DNA from: Tubiluchus corallicola
Taxonomy: Eukaryota > Animalia > Priapulida
Direction: 5' to 3'
Length of the DNA: 64,000 bases
Assembly: GCA_030141605.1 (NCBI GenBank)
Contig: JAQGDQ010000789.1
Span: 1 to 64,000 of the forward strand
A program made the position numbers and the translations under genes. Shown piece by piece: positions 52,119-64,000 of the stretch. Each line of letters starts with the position of its first letter. The stretch's first letter is position 1. Below the pieces are notes generated by a model. That model saw only the letters and a list, made by a program, of their open reading frames with translations, ran no database searches and had not been told where the DNA came from.

Positions 52119-55100
52119 CTAGTACTAGTACTAGTACTAGTACTAGTAGTACTAGTACTAGTACTAGTAGTACTAGTACTAGTAGTACTAGTAGTACTAG
52201 TACTACTACTACTACTACATAAGAGCTGACAACTTAAAAAGACAAGCAAAAGAGCAATAATAAACAAAAAGGAAAGCGCTCAAGTTAACTCTGAAAAGCT
52301 ATATTATTACCTTATTAAAAGCTATACTGCTTCAGCCAATCTCCGACAAACATGAAGCCATGTACCATCATCTGGAAATTGAAGCAAATGTCACAAGTAA
52401 CAAATCACAATTTTAAAAGACTAGATGGTAGCAGCAAACATGTGCATGAAGGACGAGAATCATATAGACGCTTGTTACTACCATATAGTCTTTTAGTTCT
52501 GTGTCTGATGCTAGTTTGTCACTTGATGTATTTGATCAAATTTTCAAATGCCGGTATACAGCTTCATATTTGTTTGAATGTGGCTAAAGCAGTATAGCCA
52601 AAACTTTGCACAGTTTTCAATAAAGATTTGAAAACTTCACCTAGTTTTGGCACTTTGTCTTTTGGTTTATTGCCAAGTTAAGATTCCCAAAAAGGTACTC
52701 CAAGATAACTTTAGTATGTGTAAGAACAGTTACTAAGTTTTGTTTGCTATAAAATGTTTATTGAACGAAAATTATAAACTTCGCTATCATTTAAAAACCG
52801 AATAAATTTAATTTTAAAGCACCAAACTTACTGAACTCCCTAGTCCAAGCGTGAGCAACATTACAAAGAAAATAAGGGCCCAAAATGTTGATCCTGGCAA
52901 AGTAGCAAGTGCATCTGGCAGTACCGTAAATCCAAGTCCAGAACCTTAACAAAAACGGATCCTGGTTTTGAGTTTGAAAAAACAATGACTAAGTTAACTG
53001 TACTAACATTGTTTAAATAATCCTACTTAAAGCTTGTGAAACATACCAGCACTGACTACATTGGAGATGCGAACATTTTTTGTCCAGGCCAAGTATCCCA
53101 TGTATGAAAAAACTACAAATCCACACAAAAAGCTCGTCAAACTGTTGACAATTGACGTGATAAGCATGTCTCTGAAATCAGCAAGAAAATAAACATGTAA
53201 ACAATGCAATGTATTGCAGTAAGCACTAAAATCGGGATTTTCACTATCAATAGTTTGTAATTGCTCTCAAAAGGCAATTTGTCTACGGAACGGTTACTAA
53301 CTGGCAAAGGAGATGAAAGAGATGCTTGGTACAGAAATGCACACATCAGGGTATTAAGTCCACACTAGGATCAAAACCGTTTCGGTGGTCACTCAAAAAA
53401 CTGTAAAAAAACTAGTCAATATATTCTTTAGTATCGCCCTTGTTATTATAGTCTGTCATTAGTTAACGTTACTGCCAGACCGAGTGTCATCATTATTGTT
53501 AGCATCGTAGACGCCACAGGCGTTTTGGTATCTTCGAATCGGCAAAGTCTCAGACAGGTCTTACGTGGTTAAAAACTTACATTGATCAAAATAGAATAAA
53601 AAAGCTATTCAACGAATAGTTTTCGTCATACGTTATGCCAGTGTTAATTGACCTGCTACTGTTAAACGACCTACATTCGCGTGTAAACTTATTATAACTG
53701 GGATTGGTGTCCACATCAGCAACAACATGTAATGAAATGTCATAACACCGACAAGCTTTGACAACGATAAAATTAAGCCTATAGCAAGGCAAAACGCATA
53801 GTGTTGATCCCCTTAGGCATTGTGGATAACGGCAAATGGCCATGTATCAAACCACAGAATTATAATTTCTTCATTTTAATGAAAAATTTCTTGAACTTAC
53901 CTGTAGACATTGTTGTGAAATCTATTGAAGGACGCGTAGGCCGTGTATACACCAAATCCTGGTCCTATGGAGTAGAATACTTGTGTTGCTGCATCAAACC
54001 ATGTCTATAACAATAATTATTGTATTGTCGCACGTTAATTAGTTACAGGAGTTCTATTTCTATAGGCATTTATTTCCATTATTCACCCTTTTAATACCCT
54101 TTACCGTGGGTATATAATAGTGTTAACAGTAAGTATCTTTCTTCTATTACATAGCCCTGAGTAACTTCACAGAAGAAAAAGCTGTTAATGACGAAATTGG
54201 GAAAAATTCACAAATATCAGTCTTTGAAAAGAGCGCAGCTTCAGATGGAGTAGAAGGAAAAGAAGAAAAAAGAACACAATAGCACAAATTCTCTAATAGG
54301 TGGTTTTCGGTTTCTAACAGATAAACTGAGGGTTTGTAATGCAAAACTTAAGCACACATTTTGCTAATTAAGCACACAGGTAAAATCTGTAGGTGGCATT
54401 AAGCAGTAAGCAAAATCAAAACAATACGATAGTGAGTAAATGTGAAGACCGTTAAAAATATACGAATAAAGTAATATGGTGGTCAAACATTATCCAGGTA
54501 CACCCATTATTTAAATTATCGTAATTACATAGAAGTTTTCCAGTTAAAAGTGATTCATTAAGAGAATAATAATTCTTTTGTACTACATTAACATTAATAA
54601 ATTAACATTAACATTAACAGATTTGCGAAAAGGTTGCTTAACTACAGCTGGCTCGACAATGTGTCACTTAATGGTAGTGTTTGTTTGAGGTGTCAAAATT
54701 ATTTTAAAATTACTAAAATCAAAAGTATGATACACCTTTCTTACACAAGGTTTATGCTTTTTCGATGATATATACATGCTGTAAATGATAAATTCCCAAA
54801 AGTTCGTGTTTAGTTATTTTTTGCACATTTTCTTTTTAATTTGAAGACATACAGCAATGCATTGTATTAGTACTGCGTCTTTTCAACTTCTTTGTTATTC
54901 TGCAATCAATATTCTAGACAGAACTACTGTTCCGCTTTTGCTTACCTCAAGCCGTAAGAGCTGCGTTGCATTTGGTGTGAGATAGTACAGGATACCATCT
55001 TTTGCTCCAGGCAATATAGCGCCTCGAATAAGCAGTATAATCAGCATAACGTACGGCGTCACTGCTGTTAGATACATAACCTAACAAAATAAGATTTTGC

Positions 55101-58100
55101 GATTTTTTATTCAAATATCCTGTAGTTATAAAGGGAAAAGAAAGAAAAAATTACGACGTTCTAAACTGCTACTGCAGTTTGTTATTAGATGAAAGACAAC
55201 CACAAGTAATTACTAACACAAATTTTTAGGCGTGTGTTTTACATATGGCACAGAAAAAACATAGCAAAGCAAGAAACACGAAGAAAATGCATGGAAACAC
55301 TAAATCCCTGGCCTCAGTTAGACAACACAACAAAAACTGATAGAAATAATTTATTATTAAGGTTCTGTGGTTAATTTTAAACCTTGTAAATGCAAACACT
55401 ACAATGTTCGGAGATGTGTCAGAAAGAAAAAGAGACAGAAAGACAAAAAATATTAAAAGACAAAACAGAAAAATAAAGAAAGAAACAACAGTTATTGTTA
55501 AGAAAAAGAAATGTCTAGAAAAGCAACAACGAAGAAATGTTGTTGTACATAAGTAACCATCTTGTTATGACGTAGTTGACAAGGCCTACCTTCCCAGATG
55601 TCTTAACACTTTTCAGCAATGCCAGAAATAGAAAGGTAAACACTAGCAAAGCACACAATGTCACGTCCCATTTCAAACCTCCCAAATCGTTTATTCCAGA
55701 GCTTTTGGGTATACCCAACACTTTGTGGCTGTAGCAAAAAAAGAATGGTTGAAGTTTGTGACGCCGGGTTTTACTTGTTGGTTTTCTGTTCTTTATTTAA
55801 ACCAGATTTTCTTCAACAATTCCCAAACTACTACTCCTAGCCGAGCGGTGAGGTAGTACACAGATGTTAGTAGTTTAGAAACTGAATAAGTTTCTCATAG
55901 GTACCTCTACGGGGCGTACCTTGAGATAAAAGATGTGGGTTCGAATCACGAGCGGGATCTTAAGTGTCGGCCTTAAGTTGCTGTTATTGTGTTTAGCTAA
56001 CAAAGTGTGAACTATTCATAATATTTTCACTATTCAAATACTTTTTAAACGTTCACAAAGAAACGCACTCCAAGATACATATTTTGTGTATAAAGAACAA
56101 TCAAAATTTAATGAACAAATTTGTGATGATATGATCAAAAAGATAATTTTCAAAAGCAATCAGATAAATACGAGGCAAAACCCAACTAAAGATAAACAAA
56201 TTAGATTCTAATACACTAGGTACTCACTAATTACCCTTTCCCTGGGAGGTGCACCGAAAAACCTGTCCACGCTGAGATGGTTCACTGTTCATTAATATCT
56301 TGGCATGCCACATAATCATTGGTGACGTCACTGGAAACGAAGTCTGCACTGTCCCGTCTATGAGGTAGGTGAGGTGACATCGAGAATGGTTTAACTTCCT
56401 CAGAGGCTGGCGTCAGGTAAATTTATGCGGTGATATTCAGTCCAACCTTCCACATGAACAGTAGTAACTCCATAACGGCTTTTAAGCAAATTGTCCCAAG
56501 TATCCATTTTGCTGTAAATTTCGATAGTGCACAAAATGTATCACAACGTATCTAGACTGCTCGAAAACGTTACTGTCCTTTAACTGTAATCACAGCTATA
56601 TAAAATGCTAAATGCCAAACTGCAACACATTACATAGTCCGCAGGTAACACGTACAGAGCAAACGTCTTTACTTCATAGCTATAGAGGTGCCGACTGAAA
56701 CCGTCGAAATAAACTAGGACGACAACCTGGTTTCCAACTTATGCATTTGTTGAAGGACAGGTGTGTGGCTTTCCCATCCCGCAGTACTTACAGTACCTAT
56801 TCGTAATACTAGCTACACATTCATGTATAGTAAACTGTTCATAACAAAGTTTTAGTAATCATATGAACCCGTGAAAGCAATACTAAATTAGAAAGTCTGA
56901 AAAGTCCACTGAGACTCGAGACCAAGACCTACTGCTAGCCGTTGTACTAAAAGGTACCCTGATGTCTTAGACTCGGAAATTTACATTATAATTTACACTA
57001 GAGATCTGTGAGCGACACATTTCATACTGCATCAAGACATAATGCAAATTCAATCGCTATGTTGGTAACAACAATAAAGTCAACACCCTGTCCTTGTAAC
57101 TTTATATGCATCCACAAAATTTATCCAGACAGTTTAGTTTCGAATAGAAATTGTGATGCTGATAATGATGATGATGATGATGACAGGTCATGCAAATTAC
57201 CGCGGTGCGACCTTTTGCCGTGAGGATAAGCAATGACTTTGACATGAAGTGAACTAAAAGGAACTGGAGTGAATTGAAGTATCATTAACTAATTAGATTA
57301 CGACCGTGATTGCCAGAGTGTTTAAACTATTGTGGTTTATTTTTAACAGTCATTACCCATTGCGGGTAATGAGTTGCAGAAAGAAAGGAGACGCCGCAAA
57401 TGGTTTATAAAGACTCTGGTAATCACGGGCATAATCTAACTGATTAAAGATATCGTTAGTTGCCAGCTAATGTGAGAAAAATGAACTGATTTGTGTTTAC
57501 AAGGATTAATTCTAGCAGAAAAATTTAAGAGCGCTTAAATTACTCAAGACTAGGGGGACAGGCGATAGGGAATAGATGATACATGTGTCGAAGGCTAGCG
57601 ATGGTACCTTTCAATATAATCGTGACTTTGTCAGGGCTGACCCTACCACTAGATTAACTAGCCAGTCGCCTAGGGCGCCAAATTCTGAAGTAATTATTTA
57701 GTATTTAAGTTTAGTATAAGTAACAGCATAGTGTTCGTGAAATTCCTTAAGTAGCCAGCGCTAATTAAATGAAATGAACTATTTGTGTATTTTCCTGTCA
57801 AAATGCATAATTCATCGATTCTAGCAAATGTCTTTCCGCGGCAAAACACGTTTTATTTTTGCTTTATCTGGTTTCCTTAGATTATGTCATTTCTTACAAA
57901 CGTTACAGACGCGTTATCCTTATTTATCCAGTTTCTACATAGTAGCACAAGCTGCAGATAGGTAATTAACTATAGCTAATTAGTACACTATAATACATGC
58001 ATACATACATATAATACGGTGTCAAATCGGTGTTGGCCGCGCCTCACCGATTTGAAGAATAGAGGAAAACCGGCTAGAAATCGAATCCTGATTCCTTCTG

Positions 58101-61100
58101 GTGTCTCTGGGTTTGGCTTCGCAATGACATTATATGCGCGGACTATATGCTGTGTGTCAGCCTCGACTTGTCACAGATGCGAACTCAATTTAGTATTTAA
58201 TTTTCAATTAACTAATTGACTATTAGTCATTATTTTGATTTGTATTTTTAAACATAATTTTTCATTGGCACTAAATATTGCCGTGGTGACACCTGATAAC
58301 AAAATTTGCAGTTATCGCTTAATATTTTGCTACCGCTATATGTTTTGTATGGAATTAGGTCACTTAGCTTCCTCAGTTTAATGCAGTGGTTTTTCACACT
58401 AGATAGCAGGAATAGAGCTTAAACAACGATCATAGACAAATGGGTGTTAAAAACAACGTTTTCCTCAAATGCCATGATAGATTTGTTGATAGAAATGAAC
58501 AGATTAACTGTGACTGTTCTTGACTAATGTACATTATGTTTACCATTTTTGTGTATATGTGGATCGACTATGGGACTACGAGTATGACAAAAATACAGAT
58601 TGTAAAGTTAAACTATGTTTTCATCAATTGATTAACAACAGCTTTCAGTCATTTTTCATTTATTCTCAAACTCGGCCAAGCACGGTCAAGTGCAAAATGG
58701 CTTAGTTTCAGCAGGATAATAAGAAAAGCAAGACAATAAACAAGTCTTGTTCAAATATAAAAGCAGTTCATACTCGAAAAATTCTTTTCCTGGCGATGTT
58801 TGCTGTGCCGAAAAATTCGTAGGCAAATTTCCATTCGCGCAGTAGACAGTATTCCACGGGTGTCCACAAGTGGCCCAAGGCAAATTAGCAGTGAAAGATG
58901 AGAAGAAATAGTAAAATGCCCAGCTGACGATGATGTTGTAGTAGAACGCTACATAGAATGATATCAAACATGAGGCAAACCCAGCGCCTGTAAAAGATTT
59001 GGTTTGATTGACTGACTGATTTTTTTTATAGATTTAGTCGATCTGTACTAAATATACTTTTAATTAAAATGGAAATGTATAGTACAAACTAAAAGTTTAC
59101 GGATTTTAGATTTTACATAAATATAAAATAAACTGTATATAATAGGAGAAAGGGAAAAGTCCTTCCAGGTTAAAGTCTCTTAGTAGAAGAGTTTCAGTAA
59201 ATTCAGCTAAGTTTAACACCTTGTCTCACTAGTTATTTCATAATCAGAGTCACAATTTTGAACAGGCTTGAAAATGCCGACATTATGCATTTTGCGCATT
59301 AAATTTATGGCGGCTTGTAAAATTTGATCGGATTTCTGCAAAAAATCTCATTTGAACTGGCAACAATATGTTCAGGCAGAGCATGTCTTGACAAATCTGT
59401 TTCTAAAACGTAATTTGCTAACATCCAATTTGAATAATTTACTAAATAATTTATTAAATTTTACCAAAATAAAAAGTGCCATTAAGCAAATACATTGTGC
59501 TATATCTTCGTAAAAATGTGAGTTTTTCTAACTACTAAGCGATATTGTTTTTATTATTTAGTTATGCACACCTAAACTATATATATATATGTATATGTAT
59601 AGTTTGTGGGACATTTTCTTTGCTCAGTGAAACCTATAAATTAATCATACCTTTAAATAAGGGGCATAAGGTATTCCAGATCCCAAGGCAACCTCTTCTG
59701 TGAAACTGTCCAATAATCAACTCAAGATACATCAATGGCATGCCAATCAGAAACAACATCAACAGATAAGGAATTAAAAATACAGCTGAAAAGCAAAAGA
59801 ATAAATTGATGAAAATAAATGCATGTTGCTAAATCGCGCAGGCAACAGCATGCACACATAAATTTTTTCTAATGGGCAGTAGCATGCACACCTAAACTTT
59901 TCCTAGTAGGCAGCAGCATGCACACCTAGACTTTTCCTAATGGGCAGTAGCATACACATCTAAATTTTTCCTAATGGGCAGCAGCATACACACCTAAACT
60001 TTTCATAATAGGGGCAGCATACACACCTAAACTTTTCTTAATAGGGGCAGCATACACACCTAAACTTTTCCTAATGGGGAGGAGCATACACACCTAAACT
60101 TTTCCTGATAGAGAGCAACTAGCATTCTTCGACAAGGTTTTGAGGAGTATATAAGGTAAGCGTTTTATCAGCATTGTTGACTTCCTCAGCAACTCAGCGA
60201 AATAAAATTTCTACAATAGAAAGAGAAGATAAATTGAATCTAAAACATTATCGTCTCTTGCTGTTGTTGAAATTTTATTTTAATAGGACTTTCTGAGGAA
60301 GTCAACAGCGTTGATGAAACGTTCATGATCATCAATAAAGTTCGTTAACAGCACAATAATCCCAGTCTTCATTAATGAAGAATAATAAAATAATCCTAAA
60401 ATAAACCATAGTAACATTAACCATTTTAGATGAGGCACGTACCTCCTCCGTGTATGTAGCACAGAAACGGAAATCTCCAGAAGTTTCCCAAACCAACAGC
60501 GTAGCCAATAAGAGACAAAAGCGATTCCAACTGCGTGTCCCATTCTAATCTTTCGCCCGTTTTTTCTCGCTCAAGCTCTGCCCTTTTTCTCTCTTTTTCT
60601 GGGACGAAATAGAACGCCTGTCCAAGGGCAACGGAATAAGTTGCTGGTGGCTGCACGGAACCAAAAATATTCAAAAATTAATTATTTCGAGTGTTTTCAA
60701 CGTTCTTTATCTGTAACTTAGCAGTATATTACACGTGTACAAAGCACTTTATTTTGAACTGGCCGGTAATCGGTTAATTGAAGTCAAATGTTATTTAAAG
60801 GAAAGGACAAGAAACTTAGCATGTTGGGTTTATTTTACCGTTATCACTAAAACCTAGAAAAATTTAACAAAGAAATTTGCAAAAACCTGTACGTAAAGCA
60901 TAAATTTTACACCAGTACAAAGATCTTCAGGTCCAGTGGCAGCCGCCATTCACTTGAAAATTGTGACGTAACAGGTCGAATATCGTCACTTTTCGTGAAC
61001 GCATCGTTGCTTTCCGTAAGAGCACGCTGCATAAACTAATTCATACTTCTACAGCCTTCCTAATATTTGCTTCCAGAAATATCACAAAACTAACTATCTA

Positions 61101-62918
61101 ATTTTTAGGAAAAGATATTATACTTTTAACGGAAATTAACAGGGCGTTGGTTTTCTTCAGTCGATCAACGACGTCATTGGTGACTGTTCAAAATGAAAGC
61201 GCTCAAATGTGAATGATCGTGACTTTACTAAAGCGATTTTACTAATTACACGAGGCGTTTATTACATTTTCGTCCTTCTAACAGTTTTCGCGAACACCGA
61301 AATAATCGTAACATGGCTTGGCCTTTCCTTTAACTCAAGCCTGCCTTCAATACAATGACTTATTTATTTGAAACTGTTTATCGTAACTGCGACGTTATCA
61401 GCGAATTCATTATAAGAAATTTTAGATTGTTATAATTGGAACTACTGCCACTTTAGTGTCTAACTAACATGAAGCGTTCTAGGTCCGTCAAGATGAGAAA
61501 AGTCTCTCAGAAGTGGACAAGGGAGAAAAGTGAGTATTGAGAAACGTGGACAGTGCGAAATGTGGACATTAGGAAAAAGTGGGCAGTGAGAAAAGCAGAC
61601 AAGACTAAGAGAGAAGTGAGAATAGTAGACAGTAAGAAAAATGAACAGCGAGACAGCGGACAGTGAGAAAAGTAGAAAATGAGTAAGTGACCGGTGGACA
61701 AAGTAGTGGACAAAGAGTAGTGGACAAAGAGAGAAGTGGACAGTGAGCAAACTGAGCACTGAGAAATGTCAACAATGAGAGAAGTGGATATTACAATTAA
61801 TGATTATTATTATTAGCGATGTTACAAACCGCAGTTAATTAAATTTTGATACCAAACTTGAAAAACAGGAAACGAGAAAAAGTTAGTATGCACACTGGAT
61901 TTTAACCACGGACCTTCAGCTCACATTGCAGACCCCTTAAACCACTAGGCCATCATATCTCTCAGCGGTCAGGACAGTCCAAAGTTAATCCTTTTTTCTG
62001 GCCGACCATATTCAGCATTTTGAAAGTTAGATCGCTCACGCTACAGTAATTGTAACTAACTGGACATATTTTTTATTTTGATCAATTTTGATTCTGAATT
62101 TTCGATGGATGATTAATTATTATAATCTTAATAAGAAGATTTTTATTAATGATGTTACAAACCTACAATTAATAAAATTTTAATACTGTACCACTTAATA
62201 CTGTATTAAGACGGGAAATGTGGAAAAAATTCCAGGCAAAAAGCCAGGCTAGTTTTCAGCCAGGTGATTTAAACAGTGAACTTTTACTTGGGCTGCGGAT
62301 TGTAACGTCAAAGTAGGCATTGAAAAAAAGTAAACAGTGAGAAAAGTAGGTATTGAATGATGTAAATAGTGAGAAAAGTGTGAATATTGAAAAAAGTAGG
62401 TAAAAGTGAATAGTGAAAAAAGTATGCATTGAAAAAAGTGAATAGTAAGAAAAGTGGGTATTGAAAAAAGTGAATAGTGAGAAAAGTGGATATTGAAAAA
62501 GTGAATAGTGAGAAAAGTGGATATTGAAAAAGTGAATAGTGAGGAAAGTGGGCATTGAAAAAAGTGAATAGTGAGAAAAGTGGGTATTGAAAAAAGTGAA
62601 TAGTGAGAAAAGTGGATATTGAAAAAGTGAATAGTGAGGAAAGTGGGCATTGAAAAAAGTGAATAGTGAGGAAAGTGGGTTTTGAAAAAAGTGAATAGTG
62701 GAAAAATGGATTGGTAATGTGGTACAGACTGGTGATTAAATTAGGTAACAATTTTTGGTGCATCTTAACTCTGAATTTTGTCCTCTATCCCAGTGGTAAT
62801 TTTTTTTAAAAACGCCCAGTTATAAATAAAATAACAGAATTTTTTAAACCTGATTTTCGTTTTGTGACCTGACGTCCATCTTTTCTTGCAACTCAAGTGG
62901 CGGATTCTCTTTCTCCAT
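44763..62918 (-). CDS. SLC6: SLC6 Na+/Cl- neurotransmitter symporter, DAT/NET-like, with non-canonical binding residues; about 623 aa
   Basis: Coding exons (minus): 62918-62850 and 61026-60954 (both tentative), 60598-60443, 59785-59651, 58987-58774, 55728-55590, 55080-54946, 54004-53901, 53171-53047, 52944-52832, 51341-51201, 50205-50106, 48163-48063, 46531-46394, 45153-45049, 44786-44763. Total 1872 nt with consistent phases. Motifs: [68 protein letters not shown]-terminal [10 protein letters not shown]. Confidence 0.9.
46044..46247. mobile_element. MITE with TIRs, same family as 28612-28822
   Basis: ggcatttacctgacatccggaatgcg ... cgcattccggatgtctggtaaacgcc. Confidence 0.85.
48788..49030. 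repeat. (CTTA)n/(CTCA)n microsatellite
   Basis: Direct reading. It produces the spurious TYLL ORF. Confidence 0.97.
50756..51067. mobile_element. Foldback/MITE-like element with ~90 bp TIRs around internal (gatcttgaaa)-based ~18 bp tandem repeats
   Basis: ttttcacaggagc...gtccttcacgga...aaatctacttgtatggcctagat pairs with atctagactatacaagcagattt...tccgcgaaggac...gctcatgtgaaaa. Confidence 0.75.
52046..52218. repeat. Compound microsatellite (AGT)n-(AGTACT)n-(ACT)n
   Basis: Direct reading. It produces the poly-S/T ORFs on both strands. Confidence 0.97.
55838..55958 (+). other. tRNA-derived/SINE-like Pol III promoter remnant
   Basis: A-box-like TAGCCGAGCGGT (55838) and B-box-like GGTTCGAATC (55938). 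The spacing is long and no clean cloverleaf was seen. Confidence 0.4.
57283..57447. mobile_element. Small hairpin MITE-like palindrome (about 165 bp)
   Basis: ttagattacgaccgtgattgccagagt pairs with actctggtaatcacgggcataatctaa. There is a central cattacccattgcgggtaatg stem. Confidence 0.75.
57632..57684 (+). mobile_element. TE terminal fragment, homolog of 21498-21551
   Basis: Reverse-complement similarity to 21498-21551. Confidence 0.6.
59845..60112. repeat. Minisatellite with a ~30-31 bp unit, about 8-9 copies
   Basis: gcagcatacacacctaaacttttcctaatgg repeated. Confidence 0.95.
61490..61790. repeat. Degenerate purine-rich minisatellite related to 62315-62705
   Basis: Repeated gagaaaagtggacagt-like units. 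Confidence 0.75.
61888..61955 (-). other. tRNA-derived SINE head or tRNA-like pseudogene
   Basis: The reverse complement reads TGGCCTAGTGG (A box) tttaaggggtctgcaatgtgagctgaaggtccgt GGTTAAAATCC (degenerate B box), with tRNA-like spacing. Confidence 0.55.
62315..62705. repeat. Minisatellite with a ~29-30 bp unit, about 13 copies
   Basis: aaaagtgaatagtgagaaaagtggatattg repeated. It produces the repetitive F/H/S-rich ORFs on the minus strand. Confidence 0.95.
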
Positions 62919-64000
62919 CTTGTCCTCTCTTCAAGTCCTTCACGAAACAAACGGCGAGATACGAAGTTGTTGACGCTTAAATCAGCTTACAAACAGCACA
63001 CGTCAGTGTTACATTATTAAAAGTAACTTTGATTTAAATATTTATAAAAAAATCTCATTCAAAACCGCAAAATTTGGTTTATCGTAGTGTCAGCTGTGCT
63101 GCACAGAACACTCTCACAAATATTAACATACTCGTTTGCGCCATGAACCCTAGAAGTTGTAGCTGCTGCAATGTGGTTTTATGTTCCCTGCCGGCTTATC
63201 AAGTTATTTAGGGGTTCCTCCCGCTTCTCTTGTTACAAAAAGTCTTAGACCAGCATCTTTCTAGGTCGGATGCTTATAACTGGAACCGCTGCATGGCTTA
63301 CTGGGTATAGTGTTTTCCTGAAATTGTAAATTCTGGCTTGTTATCTTACAACTCATAGTATTTGAGGTCAGAAGCGAGAAACAAAATTGAATATAATTTT
63401 CCTGATCTAGTTATGATCTGAATAAGCACTTCATTTAAAATACAACTTTGTTTCTTACACAAATTACTTTTCCAAAAATCTGAATTTTTATATTTTCCGA
63501 ATAATGAAAAGCTAGAATTAGATAAACAAATGAACTAAAGTGTCATATTTTTTCCTAAATGTTCTACTGCCCTACACACTGCACGTTCGATCGCACAGCC
63601 TTGCATTCCAGATATTTTCATAAAAACTGTGACGAATCCTTCGCAGTGCCACAGTTTTGGGCGACTACAATTGAATGATTATTACAGACGATTTGAGATA
63701 GCAGTTGCTCCTACTTCAGTTGCACGTGTGTCAGCGTCTCATAATCCACTAGATAAGTATTGTGCACGTCTGTAAAATGTGTGTTTTGAAGGACAATTTG
63801 CTGCGCGTTGGCATCTGGCTATAGTAATATATGAAGTGATCCAATATCTTTAATCCAAAGTGTTTGATACAATAACACTAGAAAAAGATTGACAGATTGA
63901 CTAAACCAGAGCTATATTTGCAGCCTAGTTTTACGCATGGTGCTGCAAGACACCGTCAAAATAAATTGATCCCGTGTGAACTAGCTTCTGTTTACATTAG

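Noticed and set aside
52028-52267. Poly-Ser/Thr ORFs on both strands, one with an apparent signal peptide (mucin-like)
   Set aside because: Fully explained by the AGT/ACT microsatellite, with no support for a separate gene.
55838-55958. Functional tRNA gene
   Set aside because: A- and B-box-like motifs are about 100 nt apart and I found no convincing acceptor stem or cloverleaf. It is kept only as a low-confidence SINE-like remnant.
59845-60112. Regularly spaced ~30-bp repeats that superficially resemble a CRISPR array (also 62315-62705)
   Set aside because: The units are contiguous with no unique spacers, there are no cas genes, and the context is a eukaryotic intron. These are minisatellites.
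61460-62763. Several 68-151 aa F/H/S-rich ORFs on the minus strand
   Set aside because: They are stop-free translations of the minisatellites in multiple frames.

Overview
AT-rich, intron-rich animal (invertebrate-type) genomic DNA, not prokaryotic. Five protein-coding genes were reconstructed by hand from splice sites and reading frame. They are ACTL6/BAF53 (+, 12 coding exons, 6149-15849), an SMPDL3B-like acid sphingomyelinase-like phosphodiesterase (-, 17110-24482), an SLC26/prestin-like anion transporter with an intronless CDS (-, 26376-28529), HDAC1/2 (Rpd3) (+, 12 coding exons, 35052-42273) and a DAT/NET-like SLC6 transporter (-, about 16 coding exons, 44763-62918). The rest is decayed LINEs, MITE/foldback elements, SINE-like heads and micro/minisatellites. 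Most notable: (1) SMPDL3 has two tandem homologous exons separated by only 58 nt, the second with a GC donor, which look mutually exclusive; (2) the DAT/NET-like transporter has Gly in place of both the TM1 amine-binding Asp and the TM8 Na2-site Asp; (3) a ~99% identical inverted duplication of at least 2381 bp copies the ACTL6 upstream region and first coding exon around a LINE; (4) ACTL6 intron 4 looks like a U12-type intron with a degenerate donor; (5) the SLC26 gene looks like a retrogene and has a Cys-rich N-terminus. All calls are by eye and no searches were run.
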